From: Atractiella rhizophila
Taxonomy: Eukaryota
Direction: 5' to 3'
NCBI GenBank assembly: GCA_021432655.1
Contig: MU271327.1
Coordinates: 32,866 to 91,535, forward strand
Length of the DNA stretch: 58,670 bases
Positions 1 to 12,986 of this stretch are shown here, piece after piece. The notes beneath the pieces are model-generated. The model had not been told where the DNA came from. It saw only the letters and a list, made by a program, of their open reading frames with translations, and searched no databases. The first letter of the stretch is position 1, and each line of letters opens with the position of its first letter. The position numbers and the translations under genes were made by a program.

Positions 1-679
1 ACAAAGAGCGAATCGTACACTATGAAGTCTATGGTTGAGCACAAGCTCACAGCGATAGCAAAAGCAAAAGCAAAGACGAACCAAGTCCCTCTCCAACCTT
101 TTCTTTTGCTTTTTCCGCTTTCAGTTCCTTCACGCCATAGATATCACCGTCCTTCCCAACAGCAGCAGCGAAAGACAAAATGCCATGATCCTCGTCAAGG
201 GACGTGTAGGCTAGGTCACTGACAGCGGTCGGGAGTTCTCCCACGAGATACTCTTGAGCCTTACTGGAGTCAAGATTAGGGCTCAACTTGAGAGCCCAAA
301 CTTCGACTCCGTCTCCTTTATTCCTGGCGGCGAACTGACCATCACTTTCACCCGGCGTCATGTCACTTTCTCCCGCGACGGAGTATGGAGGTCGGAGGTA
401 AATGAGGGTGTGGTCGTCGAGCCATACGGGGGATGGAAGGATGGAGAGACCATCCAGGACCTTGACTGCAGCGAAGTTCGGTTTGGAAACCGCGAGTTCC
501 GGAGCTTCGATGTGCACGTCGGGGATTCTTCCTACGTAGAGAGCACGCTCGGTTCGGGAGAGATCAAAGTTGAAGGTGGAAGCGGCGAGGGCGTAGAAGG
601 TGCCTGATGGGTTGGGCAAGGAGGCACTGGGCCGCGGGAGCGAGAGCATGTCTCTGGCTGTCAGAGGTGTGGGAGACAT
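1..679 (-). CDS. Dipeptidyl-peptidase V-like S9 serine peptidase, 5' part (runs off window)
   Basis: N-terminus MSPTPLTARDMLSLPRPS...PNPSG is typical of fungal DPP-V/S9 enzymes. Intron 29-81 (GTTCGT...CATAG) gives ...EGL-DFIVYDSLFV, resembling the conserved YDxLFVRHWD region. Confidence 0.75.
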
Positions 680-1092
680 TTTGTAGCGTGACTGCAACGA
701 GAGAAAGGTGGTCAGCTATTGGGCGCTTCAAATAACACCTTCAAGGTCAGAGCTGTTGTGACGCATCTACAATATAAGGAAAGAAGCCTCCATTGACCCA
801 GGTGACAGTGGAGAAGGGAAGCTCACCTTGAAGTCCTAAGTTTTGATAGTTATATGGAGAGCAGCTCCTCCCAGTAAATGTGCAAACAGGAAATAGTCCC
901 AATACCGATAAATCGATAGCTAACCAGCAATACGCTCCAGCTGAACCAGTGGATGTTGGCTCGCATTTCAAAATACACGTGATGGCGCAAACACGACCAC
1001 CTGTTCGTCCTTTCGCGTCATAACCGTCCACCAATCGCGATCGAGATCATCTTCTAATCTCAGCTTCGCCCACAGCACAACAGTGGCCCAAC

Positions 1093-3364
1093 ATGCCTGT
1101 GCCTCCCTCCGAACTGCCCATCCTCGAGGCGCTCGTCAACCTGCGAAACCGTCTGACAGCGCTGAAGAAGGATCGAACGGAGTATATACGCGCACACGAT
1201 GTAATGGCTATCTATGGACAAGTCATCGAGCAGGGTACGTTTCTTACCTTATCACTATCAGAGGACCGAGGTTGAGACTGGTTCTGGTAGTGGACAAGTT
1301 GAACGCAGTCCGCAACCCGGAAGAGGGAGAGAACAAACCCGAAGTTTCGCCATCGTCGACAATCGGAGTGGAAGGAGAGGACGATGTTACCCCACATTCG
1401 ACGCCAAAGACACATACAGCCCAAACGTCTGCTCCTCTCCCTCCTCTCTCCCTCCCCGGCGCCGCTCTCTCCGCCGTTGATCCTTCCTCCTCCTCCTCCT
1501 CGTCCCCACTCGCTTCCTCGTCCAAATCTCTCAGTCCAGCAATGGAATCCCTCGTCATCTCTCCTCATTCCCCTTCTTCTCAACCACACAACCTGGCACC
1601 CAACGGCTCCGTCTCAATCGCAGAATCGAAGAGCCACCCGGCCTCTCCACTCCTTCAGCCGAAGGCAGAAACGGAAGAGCCGATCGTAAAGTACACGAGT
1701 GTGAAGGAGAAGGACGCTTTGGACGGGCAGGAGGTAGAGGAATCAAAGGATAAAAAGCCAAAGAAAACACTCAATAGAGTGGACACGACGCTTAATGATG
1801 TCTTTCAGCTCCTCAGTCTCTTCTTCTTGACCATCGGCAAGTCGAGAGAGAGCCCGGCCATTTATTGTCAACTCATGACTATGAAGGTCTGCCTTTCTTT
1901 TCTTCACAGTGGAATGAAAGTGTTAACTGAGGCCGCGTATGTAGAGGTTGTTGGATCATTTGAACGAAAGGTCCGTCCTTTCCCCCCCGGAAAAAAACGG
2001 GAATGAACTGGTGGAAGGAAAGTGGAATTTACACTTCGTCTGACCTCCAACCATTCGTGGCTCGCGTTAAAGAGTTCAAAGAGATGATACGACGGGACAG
2101 GAGGGATAAATTACACCCAGAAGGATTGATCAGGTTATTAACTCACAAATTGGACATTTGCGGTGCGTCATCCCTCCTTAAGCTAGCATAAATGCATAGG
2201 GCTGACACATTGCATGGTCGATGTGTACAACAGACGAAGAATTGAAATCACTCCTTGACTCCCTTTCTGTCCTCGACGTCGAACTCGTCCCTCTACACCA
2301 AAGATTGATACAGATACGAAGAAAGCTCGCGGCCATCGCTGCGAAGCTAAGACCGGCAAAGAGCGAGATCGAAGGTTTGTGGGCGGAGTTGAAGGAAATC
2401 GATTCGTGCGTACCTCCTCCTCTCCTCCATTTGATAACACAGATGACTAATCGTTACCTTTTGACGTCCAACAACAGACAAAGGATCGATGGCAAATTCA
2501 TGAACCCCGACTCTTCCACGATCCCAGATGGTCAAGCTATCCTCGCGGGTTTGTTAGAAGAAAACTTTGAGATCTGTCAGGACATTTCCGCGCGTCAAGA
2601 AGACGTCGCTCCTCCCCTTCAACCCATTTATGATCGTCTACAAGACCTGAGAGCCCAACTGGAACGACTGGTCCTCACTCACCGGTGGACGTTGAGAGAG
2701 ACGGACTTGTTTAATTTTCAGGTCAGTTTGAGCGAGATTGATGGGATGAGAGTCGATGGAAAGTTCGTCGATAGTGAGGGAAATAAACCGGAGGGTCAGC
2801 TGGTATGTTTATCTGCTATTCACCAAAACAAAGTTCGATGAACCCTTTTTTCGTTGTTAGGTACTTCTCTACCTCCTTCGCAGGTGCTACGGTCTTTGTT
2901 ACCGCCTCGTCTCTTCATCTGAACCTGTCTCTGAAGAATTAATGCCGATCAACAACGTACGTTCTTCTCCTTTATGTGGCGTCACAAACGAACGCGCGAA
3001 TACCAACTGAATATGGGGTGTAGAAACTATCAACAGTGAAGCGCTGCCTCATCGAAGTGGCGAAATACGGAGGGGTTTCTTCCCTGCGCGAATTGTACCC
3101 GTATCAGATGGCACTATCCCAAATAGACGATTTGAGGGTTGATGGAAAGTTCTTGGGAAGAGATGGAAGCGTGCCAGAGGGTCAAGCTATCTTGACAGCT
3201 GAATTAGGGGAGTGCTATGAGGTGCGTATTTCCTGTTTCCTTGTAGCATAACGAAGTACAGGATTGATGTTGCCAAACAGATTATTAGCATGTTGAGGGA
3301 AGAGTTGGAGGCGGAGGAGAGGAAGGAGGAGATGGAGTCGAAGGAGGAAGAGAATGAAGAATGA
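1093..3364 (+). CDS. DUF2408/UPF0662 family protein (yeast Cub1/YPL260W-like), multi-exon
   Basis: MPVPPSELPILEALVNLRNRLTALKKD; FQLLSLFFLTIGK; repeated RVDGKF...PEGQ motifs; THRWTLRETDL. GT-AG introns join the ORF pieces; TGA at 3362-3364. Confidence 0.85.
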
Positions 3365-4044
3365 AAGTGAGTTGACTCGTTCTTTTTGGCATGAGTCTGT
3401 GGCTGAATGTTGTTGGATAGATCGACGAGTAAAGTTGTAATGAATAGAGATCAAAATGTACTTTGGTGATCACAAGGACTCTCGGGTTGACTGAGTTTAT
3501 TTCTTTGGTTGCAATTTAATTTTGTTGGGAGCTGATGTATGGTTATCAGTAGATGGGAATGTGATGATCAAAAGTTATGGGACCTCTCCACCCTTGAACG
3601 CCGATCCTTCTGTACTTGCTTCCCTGCCATATCGTAATCAGCAAGCGTCCCCATTTCATCGCCGAAAAGCGACAAATCGGAAAAATGCCATTTACTTCTA
3701 GGTCTCTCTCCCGCTCCTCCCTTGCGCAGGGCTCCTACGCCATCGGTCATTTGAACAGACTACTAGCGCGTCATATCATATTTGCATGGATTTTCTACAG
3801 ATCCCCAGAAAATGGGACATGTCATTTCTTGCTCTTTTAAAATCGCTTACCTGACCTCCTCCCCTTCAGCAGCTGTTTGCTCCAACTTCTGTGCTCACAC
3901 CTCGTGAAAGACTAGGCAACAGCCTTCTTCCTGGATTGTTCTTGCGTTCTAGAGTATCGCTCATAACAAAGCTCACAGCATCTCCTTTGTTCCATTTTAC
4001 GATTCTACGGGTTTGACACCCATTTACGCCAATCACGATTATCG

Positions 4045-5330
4045 ATGCTTCTCTCGCTTTTCCACATCTTCATCGCTGCATCTTTCCCTCTTCTTTCTAC
4101 GGCACAAGGAGACTATCCTTGTAGTCTGGACGCCGACTGTGTTGAGTGGGCTGGCCAGGATGGAGCGATAATATCCGCGAATTCGCAGTGCGTCAAAGAT
4201 CCTGTTGATCCTACATATGGTCTGCTTATCCCTCTTCACTCTCTTTCATGCTCTGAATATCGAAACAGGTTATTGTGGTTATGTCGGAGCACAATGTGGG
4301 CAGGCATCTGACTGTGACTTCGGTTTGTTGGGTCGTTCGTCGTGTTCTTCTTTCACTCAGACAACGTCCAGGCTCCTGTCAAGACGGTATCTGTCGCGGT
4401 TATTATGGAGAAACTTGTACGGATGAATATGGCTGCTTAGGTGCGCCACTTCTGTCTCGCTGTTCTTAACTAATGAGAACTGTAGCCTATCTTCAGTGTG
4501 GTATCTCGATGCATTCTGTCATCTCATTTCAACTGAGGCATTTTCCCAGGCACTGATTCAACTTGTGGTGGACCCGGAGCCTTGGCGGTGTATGAGGAAG
4601 ACAGCTGCACTTCCCGTACGTCCTTACTCGACCTTCACCCACGTATAGACGGATTTCGGGATTAGAAAAGCTGAACTCGGACGGTACTTGTGCCTCTGTG
4701 CCAACAAGTGGAATGCCAAACGGGACTCCTTGCGCCAGTGACGGCGTTTGCACATCTGGTCAGATAGTTCCCTCAGAAATCGCGGTGAATCTCACTCCAT
4801 TATTCAGGTTTCTGCTCAAACGATTACCTCTGTGCGGATGAAGCTCCGCCTGCAGGTCCATCTCAGCTTGCAAGACGAAGAGCTCGGGACTTCGGATTGC
4901 AGAGCTATCTTTATGCTCATCCTGCGAAAGCTTATAGCGCCAATCGATGCTCAACTGGTCTCGTTTCCTGCCCAAGGTTCGGATTGGGAGCTTCAGCCAG
5001 AGAGAATGTGAAGAAGAAGAGTAAGACAGGGGCTTGGACCCCTACCCTCTCTTACGAGGTTAGTCTATCCCTCTTTGAATAAACACTCTCCTAACTCAAA
5101 AGACAGTGTGTCGATATAATGCGCAATGTTGAGAGTTGTGGGGGATGTCCGGGTTCGACGACGGTTGTTGATTGGTGCGTCCATCCTTCGTTCTCGCAGA
5201 CCAATTAACATGACTCCACAGTACTGAAATTCCATTTGTGGATGCAGTTTTGTGTTCACAGGGCCATTGCCTTGTGCAAAGTTGCTACGGCGGGAGAGTA
5301 GTGTCTCCAGATGGCTCATTCTGCATTTAA
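4045..5330 (+). CDS. Secreted Cys-rich protein, PriA/Cpl1-like C-terminal domain, many small exons
   Basis: Signal peptide MLLSLFHIFIAASFPLLSTAQ; Cys-rich exons; CVDIMRNVESCGGC at about 5106-5147; ends ...GHCLVQSCYGGRVVSPDGSFCI-stop. Confidence 0.7.
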
Positions 5331-5434
5331 CCTCTTCCTTACACGAACCTAGCTATCGTTTCTCACGCGCGCTTTGTATGTACATAGATCAAAATGTCAT
5401 GACCGCACGTCATCCATCATTGACACTTTGAGCG

Positions 5435-5483
5435 AGCTATCGATACAAGTTACATATGGTAGCTGTCGATACAAGTTACATAT
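5435..5483. repeat. Two-copy tandem repeat, 26-bp period
   Basis: AGCTATCGATACAAGTTACATAT (5435-5457) and AGCTGTCGATACAAGTTACATAT (5461-5483). Confidence 0.85.
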
Positions 5484-5658
5484 ACCATTATCATTCAGAG
5501 GCTGCGTGTGTTCGACTGGTTACTGGTTACATGTTATACTGAACATTGACATCTGAACTGGAAGAAATAGAGAAATTCCGAGTTTGTTCGACTATTTGGA
5601 ATCCAAACCTGAGAAAAGGAATTAGTACAACTTCAACAGCACGAGAAGTTGAACGCAC

Positions 5659-6138
5659 TTAAGCAATCTGGATACTCCTTGAACCTTCCTTCTTCATCCT
5701 CTTTGGCACCTCCACCTCCAAAATGCCGTTCTCATACTTCGCAGACACTTTATCCGTATCGACAGGCGTTGGGAACCTCACTGATCTGGCAAAAGATCCC
5801 TCGAAGCGTTCGGAATGCCAGATATTCGTATTTGGCTTCTCCACCGCCTTCTCATTCCCCGCTCCTTCCTTTACCTCTTCAGGCTTGAATTCCTTCGTCT
5901 TCACGATCTTCCCGCTAAGCGTCAGGACCTCTCCACCATCACCACCGAATTCGAGCTTTAGGTCTTCCTTTCGAGCTCCAGCAACTTCGGCTTGAACGAC
6001 GTATTTGTCTCCTTCTTCATGAACATCAATCGCAGGTCTCGGTAGTTGAGACAGCTGCGATAACTCGGGGAATTCGAATGCTCGGTTGTAGAAGGGAGAG
6101 CGACGCAGCTCAGGGAAGAGGTTTTGGATGAGCGACAT
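5659..6138 (-). CDS. Small heat shock protein (Hsp20/alpha-crystallin domain), intronless
   Basis: RPAIDVHE...VQAEVAG...SERFEGSFARSVRFPTPVD...AKYENGILEVEVPK, with C-terminal IxI motif (IQI). ATG at 6138. Confidence 0.95.
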   Translation of the reverse strand: MSLIQNLFPELRRSPFYNRAFEFPELSQLSQLPRPAIDVHEEGDKYVVQAEVAGARKEDLKLEFGGDGGEVLTLSGKIVKTKEFKPEEVKEGAGNEKAVEKPNTNIWHSERFEGSFARSVRFPTPVDTDKVSAKYENGILEVEVPKRMKKEGSRSIQIA

Positions 6139-6224
6139 GGTTGGCTGAGTTGTTGCTTGTAGTTGGTGGTTATTCGGCTCTTCGCTTGATTGTAGGATGG
6201 TGGGCAACACCACAGAAGGACCCG

Positions 6225-6357
6225 TTTATATACCTTCGACAGTTCCAGTAGAGCTCTGGTAAATTCTAGAAGTATTATTGCGCCACGAGACGTCAGCATG
6301 TCAGCCAGCGTAAAACATGTCATGAACATGAACAATGTGGAAGTTTCTAGACTTTTC
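6225..6357 (-). promoter_or_regulatory. TATA box plus heat-shock elements of the Hsp20 gene
   Basis: TATATAAA on the minus strand at 6225-6232; TTCtaGAA at 6264-6271; GAAgtTTCtaGActtTTC at 6340-6357 (alternating nGAAn units). Confidence 0.75.
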
Positions 6358-8264
6358 CCCACAGGGAGAATTGACAGAATATTTCCTGGGATTTTCACGT
6401 TCCAGACTTTGGCTTTTTGGCTTCTAGCGCCCTGCTCTACGGTGGCGAGAGCAATGCGATGTCGACGAGAAACAGAATCAATTTGAACCTAGCACTGATG
6501 GTCACGTGACGCTGATGACAACTCCTTCAACCAGACTTTGAATTTCGTCATGCGGGGTCGCCTGGTCGCTAGTAGTGTTCCTTGCGATGCTGAAGACACA
6601 GACTTGCTCAACCTGCCTGCCGCTCATAGCGTTGTTATAGCGTTTTTCTGCTTAATAACCCTTACGGGTAGATCAGGTCAAGGACGGAACCCAAAATCAG
6701 AACATGGTCTTGCCCTCTCTGTTGAGTATGCATGCTAGGGAAGGAGCAATGATGGCTGCGGTCACAGTAGGCCGTCTTTTCTCCAGTAGCTTAGATGTAG
6801 AGCATCATCGCACACACCTGGACTCGGTAGAGCTTCTTTTATGTTTCATATGAAAGATGAATTATGATTAGCTATCGTCGCCTGTCATCGAACGGTCATA
6901 CAATGTAGTTGCACAGACAATTCTCAAGGGTCTGCATGCTTGCCTCATCTGAAATCAACAGAAGCACAGTGACAGAGAGCTGGGAAGAAACAGAGATCTT
7001 AAGAGACCACCCAATTCAACTTTTGCGTACAGGGTGACAAAGTACAAGGGCCTTGATTCAATAAAGGATGTTGACAGCTTAAATAATTTGAATGAAGCAA
7101 CCCATTTCAGTTCCCACAAAGTGACAAGTTACAAGGTCCTTGTGGTACAAAGGGATCTTGAGGTCGGTCAGCTCCGTTGCACTGGAAGACATCTTGACTG
7201 GCATTATTTGCTGGACACTGCTGCGTACAAAGCAGTCTCAAGCGGAGAGCTGAGCTTAAAAAGCCTGCTCTAGCTGAGATTGGCTCCATCAAAAAGACTT
7301 GTTTCGAAAAAGTTAGATTCGCCGGGGAGCTACCCAACAAATCCTTCAAAGACCGAATACCAAAGAATCAAAATGCCTTGGGTCAACTTGCATCCCCTTT
7401 ACTCAAGCAGGCTTACCAAGTCTAAACGATGGTTGGTTCGCACATGCATGGTTCTTTAACATTGCTTATCATCATACCTTTCATAGGGTTGCGCGTAAAG
7501 CTGTGATTACCTTGCCTGATGGCGAGGTGCACGATCCAAATTTACATCCACATTATGAAGCTGTCGACGCTGCACTGTATCCTTGGACTTCTTCGACATT
7601 TCCAAGGCCGAGGGGCAGTCCTTACGACGAACAGTTACAGGACCGTGTTAGAGCAAAGGAGCGAGCTCAAAGGGCAGCGGATCCGTCCGAAGGAGACGAG
7701 TATGGCTTTCGGGATGGCGTGGAACCCATTTATGGTGTGGAAAGGCCACGAAGTAATTTACATCGTAAGTAGGGGTTCTTCTGCTCACGCACAACATTCA
7801 TTTTGCCATTGAAGCACGAAGAATAATACAACGAAACATCCGTGCTTTCCCAGGCTTAGGAAGATGGGGTTGAAGCAGCTTTGCTTTTGAGACCTTCTTA
7901 TGTTTGATTACATGATGTGACGGTTACGGTCCATTCGCTGATGATAAATAAAACGCTGATGATAAATAAAGTGTGGATGTTCGTGATTTCATGTACTTCT
8001 ACGAACTATATGAAACCTGGATCTTTTAAGGCTTTTCCGCCAGTGGAGCAGGCTGAGTAGCAAGAATGGTATGCCGGTTTCTGGTCACGTGATATCCAAA
8101 TAGTGACTCATTGCCGCATTTTATGTGATGCGAGAGTTCAGAAACAGCCAGCATCAAAGTGTCATTTTAGATACGTTTGCTCGTCACCAATTCCATTAGA
8201 ATGGCATATATATACGCCATCAAGAGGGCGGGACAGTTGGCAATCCAGCATTGAAATATTGATC

Positions 8265-9230
8265 ATGGTTAAAACCTCTCCCAAGCAAACTGGTACAAAT
8301 TATCACTGGAAGGATCAGTATGAGAGCAGCCAGAGAAAAACGCGATCAAGTCTTATGAGCCACAAGGTAGGTTCCTTAATCGCAAATACAACAGAACTGA
8401 TTTAGCTCCTAGGAGGAGAGTGAAGCGGAAAGGTATCTCAAATTTCCAAAGGCAGAGAGCACGAAATGTAAGCATGCACAGGCCGCTATTCCACACTCAT
8501 TAAGTGACAGGTGCGATTTGGGAGCGACGTGATGGCGTGCCCATTCTGGGGTCGCGAAGAGTGCGCCGGGTTCTACTAGCCGCCGCCTTTCCAGAATTTT
8601 ACACCAAACAAGAGGTAGATGCCTTGCACGGCCTGTTGGACGAAGAATGGACCGTGAAATGTCACTTCTTTGGCGAGGCAAACGATATACCTGATCAAAA
8701 CCGTCTGGAGTGGAGATTTCGAGCGGGTCACTTTGAATCAATTCGTTGGGTGGGTTCTCGTTCGGTTGACCGTTTCGGTCTGTCCCCCTGGTGGGCGGGT
8801 ACGGTCATTTCTGGATTGTTGAACGAGACTCCCCGGGAGTACAAGAAGCATGCTAGCGCGTTTGAGGAAATCAACTGGGTGGTTAAGCTCAATACTGGGG
8901 GGGAAAAGTCACCCACATTTGTACGGAAATGATTGTTTGCAGAATGAAGCTTCAATGCGGCAACAACTGACACTAACTTCCCACATACGCAGCTTCGTAG
9001 CGTGGTAGAATACTGAAAATGGTTTGTATTGCAACTGTCCAGATCTGTGCAGAAAGTGAAGGGACACCGATTCTGGTTGGAAATCAAAGCATAGATTGTT
9101 GCTGACTTCAATGTTGCTTCGCGCAATAGATGCTGGCATGAAAGTTTGCCATTGGAATGAACGAAAATTGCGACTAGGATAACTTGAACTACACCGAAGT
9201 GACGAGCGACGTCTGCACTGAAGAAAATAC
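8265..9230 (+). pseudogene. Unidentified spliced gene or relic; downstream exon has several in-frame stops
   Basis: Intron-like GTAGGT...CTAG, GTAAGC...ACAG and GTACGG...GCAG link MVKTSPK..., EESEAERYLK... and the 8504-8932 ORF. The next exon reads LRSVVEY*KWF...KA*IV...LE* with TGA/TAG stops. No family recognised. Confidence 0.35.
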
Positions 9231-9550
9231 CGCGATGACGCCGCGAAACGGTTTGAATGATTCACCCATGTTAGCCAGAACATCAGTCAAAGTCTCGATG
9301 TCGAGATACTTAACACCATCACTTCCAGTCCACGAACTGATGAAAAAACTTGGAAATTCCACTCACCGTACAATGCCATGTAAATCTAGCAAAGCCCCAC
9401 TCAATGCTACCAATCATATTAATCATCTCCTATATCCATGTGTTCTTCGTGACGGTTTTCTTCATCAAGCTGATAATAAAAAACATTGTTCACTTCGGCT
9501 AGTAGAACGTTTTATTATAGATTGTTTAAGGGACTCCTTTTCATAGAACG

Positions 9551-9621
9551 GGATACTTGGTGGAACGGTATCATAACACCCTTCCAAGGTGTAGTCGTGG
9601 GTTCGACTCCCGCAGTATTCA
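9551..9621 (+). tRNA. tRNA-Gly (anticodon UCC), intronless
   Basis: Acceptor GGATACT/AGTATTC plus discriminator A; anticodon arm ACACC-CT TCC AA-GGTGT; T arm GTGGG-TTCGACT-CCCGC; T5 pol III terminator at 9625-9629. Confidence 0.95.
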
Positions 9622-9870
9622 TACTTTTTGGCGCTTGATTTCTCGCCTGTGTTTTTTGTTCCTCTCTTCTTCTTCGTCTGGGTATCCTTCAAATTGTGTT
9701 ATATCATTATCAGACATTTCAGATGGCAGGCACCGTGTGCAGGCGTATCCGTCGGCCGGGCACGAACATGATTGCAAAATGCTTTGAAATTGTTGGATCA
9801 CCACGCGTCGTACAAAAACTATCTCTCGCTCCTCGACAGACAGCTGTAGCGAACGGATAGCAAGAGAACG

Positions 9871-11975
9871 ATGCATTTGACGCCACTGCTCATCCTCCCT
9901 TCAGCGCTGAAGCTGGTGCTGCATTCCTGCGAGCCAACCTCTCTTACCCCAGCTCAAGGTCACAAATCACTCCGAAACGATGAATACGTCATTGAGCGTT
10001 CTTTCGTATATCATGATAAGGATAACCCTTCTCTCTCTCTATCCGGCGGGGAGAGGATCGTGATATATGCTCGAGAGGAAGAAGTGCTGTGGAATGTAGC
10101 GAGGAAGGAGTGCGGAGAAGCTTTTGTTGATCTCCAGGTGAAGGAGGGGATGATCGTCCATCCTGCACTTCATAAAGAAAAGGATGCCGCGAACCTTGTG
10201 ATACAGCAAGAAACGACAGGACTCCTCAATCTGGATGAAGAAGAAGAGGATAAAGTCGAGCTGATCCCGCTCCTCGTATCTGGTCCTCCAGGCAACCGCT
10301 TCGACTTTGTTTACTTTGCCGACGGCTGTATATATTTATCTTCGTTTCTTCTCATAAACTGAAAGGGAGCATAGATACGAAAGATGACAAGGATAAATTT
10401 ATTGCTGATGCAAGGAACCTTACGCTCGAAATAGCCGTCAACCAGACCTTCGCTGCAGTCGCACCCCTGAGCAACTTCTGGGCTGCCTTTATTGCTTCAA
10501 ACGAGGTCAGTAGACGTTTTACTTTATCACTGTCATTTCTAACATGAGGAGCATTCTCCTAGCGAGGTATTGGTGTTGATGGCAAGCCGAAGGACACATG
10601 GGCAGGTCTATACAGGCCAGGAACGGAACTTAGAGGTGTTATGTACGCTCATCCAGAAAGGCCTCGAAAAGCTTGTGCGCTGTTAGGGGATGCGTGCGAT
10701 CAACCTATTCTTCTTGGTGCGTCGCTGATATTTCCGTTCGCACTGTTCCTGTTCGCTAAACGTTGGATGGCAGGCAATGACCCACTTTATGGAGGTAAGT
10801 GGTGTTTTCTCAAGTTGTTCACTAAGAGAATACTTTGAAAGGCTTGGGAGGGGAGTTCACGTTCGTATTCCGAATTCTTGAGTTTATCTCAGCTAAAACA
10901 AGGAGGACAGAACGATCACGGCTTCACCCTTCAACGGTAAGCTCATTCTGCGACATGAGCTTGGCCACTCCGTCATCCCCGTTGGGGAGGAATACGACGG
11001 GGGATGGGCATACTTTGGTGTCAACGCACACCACAACACCTCGATTACGACTCCATGGAAGCATTGGTACACTGCGGAATCGACAGACCGAGTGGAACGG
11101 TCAAACATGCCCTTGCAGGACTACGCTTGGACCATCCTGAACACGACCAAGGCATGGAGCACCCGATTTTACAGCACTGGAACCTTTGATTCGAGCTTGC
11201 TCAGGTTCAGCATCTCTGCTTTTCCAGTAAGAGATTGGGTTAGCGTGCGACTAGATGGGAAGGAAGTGGATTTTGAGGTCGTACCAGACATAGGGAAGGA
11301 TAGATGGTGGTATGAGATCGAGGGAGAAGCTTTGCAAGAGGGATGGCACGACATCGTATATGAGCTGAAGAACGGAGAGTGGGAAGGAGAGACGCAGATG
11401 TGCAGCGTTGAGATGCTCGAATATGGGAATGAAGATGAGTATGAATCTCATTCCTATTTTGTGAGCGTGGACCTAATGACTTGGCTTGAAGATTCGTAAA
11501 GACCCCTGGACACTACGGCCTCTACCCAACCTATTCTGTCCGTGATTTCTTGTTTCTTTAAGAAAGCTCACGTCTTGTATAGTTCTACAACGAAACAAGC
11601 TATCGTCCAACCAATGAAGATTGTCTTATGCGTCAAGTCACGTCCACCGACTTTTGCACAGTCTGCAAAGAAGGGCTATGGCTCTCCATCCTCTCCCGTG
11701 TTTCTCTGATTGACGACATTTCCTACGACTGCGAGTCAGACATCATATCCCTCACTCTTGTATCGTTCCCCAAAGAGCAGGACGTTACATATTCTGTTAC
11801 ATGGTATTTTGATGGCGAGCAAATCGAGGAGTGGGACGATTTACAGGAAGTCAATGTGGATGAACACACGGTTGAGATTGTGAAGGTCAAGGTGGAGCTG
11901 AAGACTCCTGAGATCAGAAAGGATGAGAAGGGGTACTCTGTCGACGAAGCTGAGGTCGTTATTACTGAATGCTGA
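9871..11975 (+). CDS. Peptidase family M64 (IgA-peptidase-like) metalloprotease, multi-exon
   Basis: SGPPGNRFDFVYFADGY; spliced frame gives ILRHELGHSVIPVGEEYDGG (HExGH...EY); C-terminal CLMRQVTSTDFCTVCKEGLW. Confidence 0.85.
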
Positions 11976-12042
11976 ACACAAATACCTTTGGATGCCGTGT
12001 ACATTTCTCGGGCTAAATTGAAGGAATGCTATAGTATCCATT

Positions 12043-12789
12043 TCAAGCATTTTTCTCTCGAGTCTCCGCCAACGTACTTTTCACGACATCCAAGAATTCC
12101 AACACCCTCTTATGATCCTCATCCAACCACTCCATCGTTGTTGTTTCCTTTTTTCGCTTCTTTCCAAGGGATAAATCACTGTTTGGCGCTCCCAAAATCT
12201 CTCTCAACACATCCGTTTTGCTTTGTTCGTCTGGGAGAGAAGCTATCCTGTTGAGAAGGAGCTTGAGTGGTAGTTCGCCAAACTTTGCTGGGTCCTCATG
12301 CAGCAAACTTCGAAGCTTTGGAGAGGTAACTGTCGACAGCTTCAGTCAGGCTGATGCTCAAAACTTGGGGAGTTAAATGTACCTATGGCCTCCCACTCCT
12401 TCCCAGTTCCATTTCGTAATCCTTTGTACTCATTCTTGTTCAATGGGTCTGTAAAGAGTTGTTCAGGAGGGTCGGGGGGATAAACCAACTCGTCCAATGC
12501 GATTGTCGGCTGCTCATCTTTAGCTTTCGAAGTTGACACAACCTGTGGAGGAGGAATAGGTAGGTGATCCGCGTTCGCTAGGTTGACTTTGTTGAGTTGA
12601 TGCTCTAAACGCGTAGGAGACTCACCGCTATGAATTTTGAAGCAAGCGGCGGAACAACTGCAAAACCTCCTTCAGATATGCTCAAAAGTAAAGCATGGCG
12701 TACTATCGTGTCAAATCTGTAGGGCATTTGTACTTCGAAGGATTGGTATTACAAACAGCGCAGGGTGGCGGTCGTTTTGTCATTTTCAT
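12043..12789 (-). CDS. HIT-type zinc finger protein (Hit1/ZNHIT3-like, box C/D snoRNP assembly)
   Basis: Manual splicing gives MKMTKRPPPCAVCNTNPSKYKCPTDLTRY-CSAACFKIHS, followed by a helical C-terminus (12043-12306 ORF). The start could be 12783. Confidence 0.75.
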
Positions 12790-12986
12790 TTTGGTTCCTT
12801 TCACGTGTTGCCCAGTGCATAGAAAATAAGGCAGACAGTTATGATAGGACCTTCAGAAGGATAGCTTCGATCATTGCAAACGACTAACGACGGAATAGTT
12901 ACAATGCAGAGCTATACGAAACGATGCTACTAAATGCTCAGGACAAAGGACACGAAGCACTGTTACAATCAGATTGATGCTAAAAA

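Noticed and set aside
7936..7970. 17-bp direct repeat CGCTGATGATAAATAAA x2 containing TGATGA
   Set aside because: A simple local duplication with no supporting snoRNA structure.
9551..9621. G2:U71 wobble in the tRNA-Gly acceptor stem as a sign of altered identity
   Set aside because: As I recall, yeast tRNA-Gly(UCC) has the same pair, and the rest of the cloverleaf is normal.
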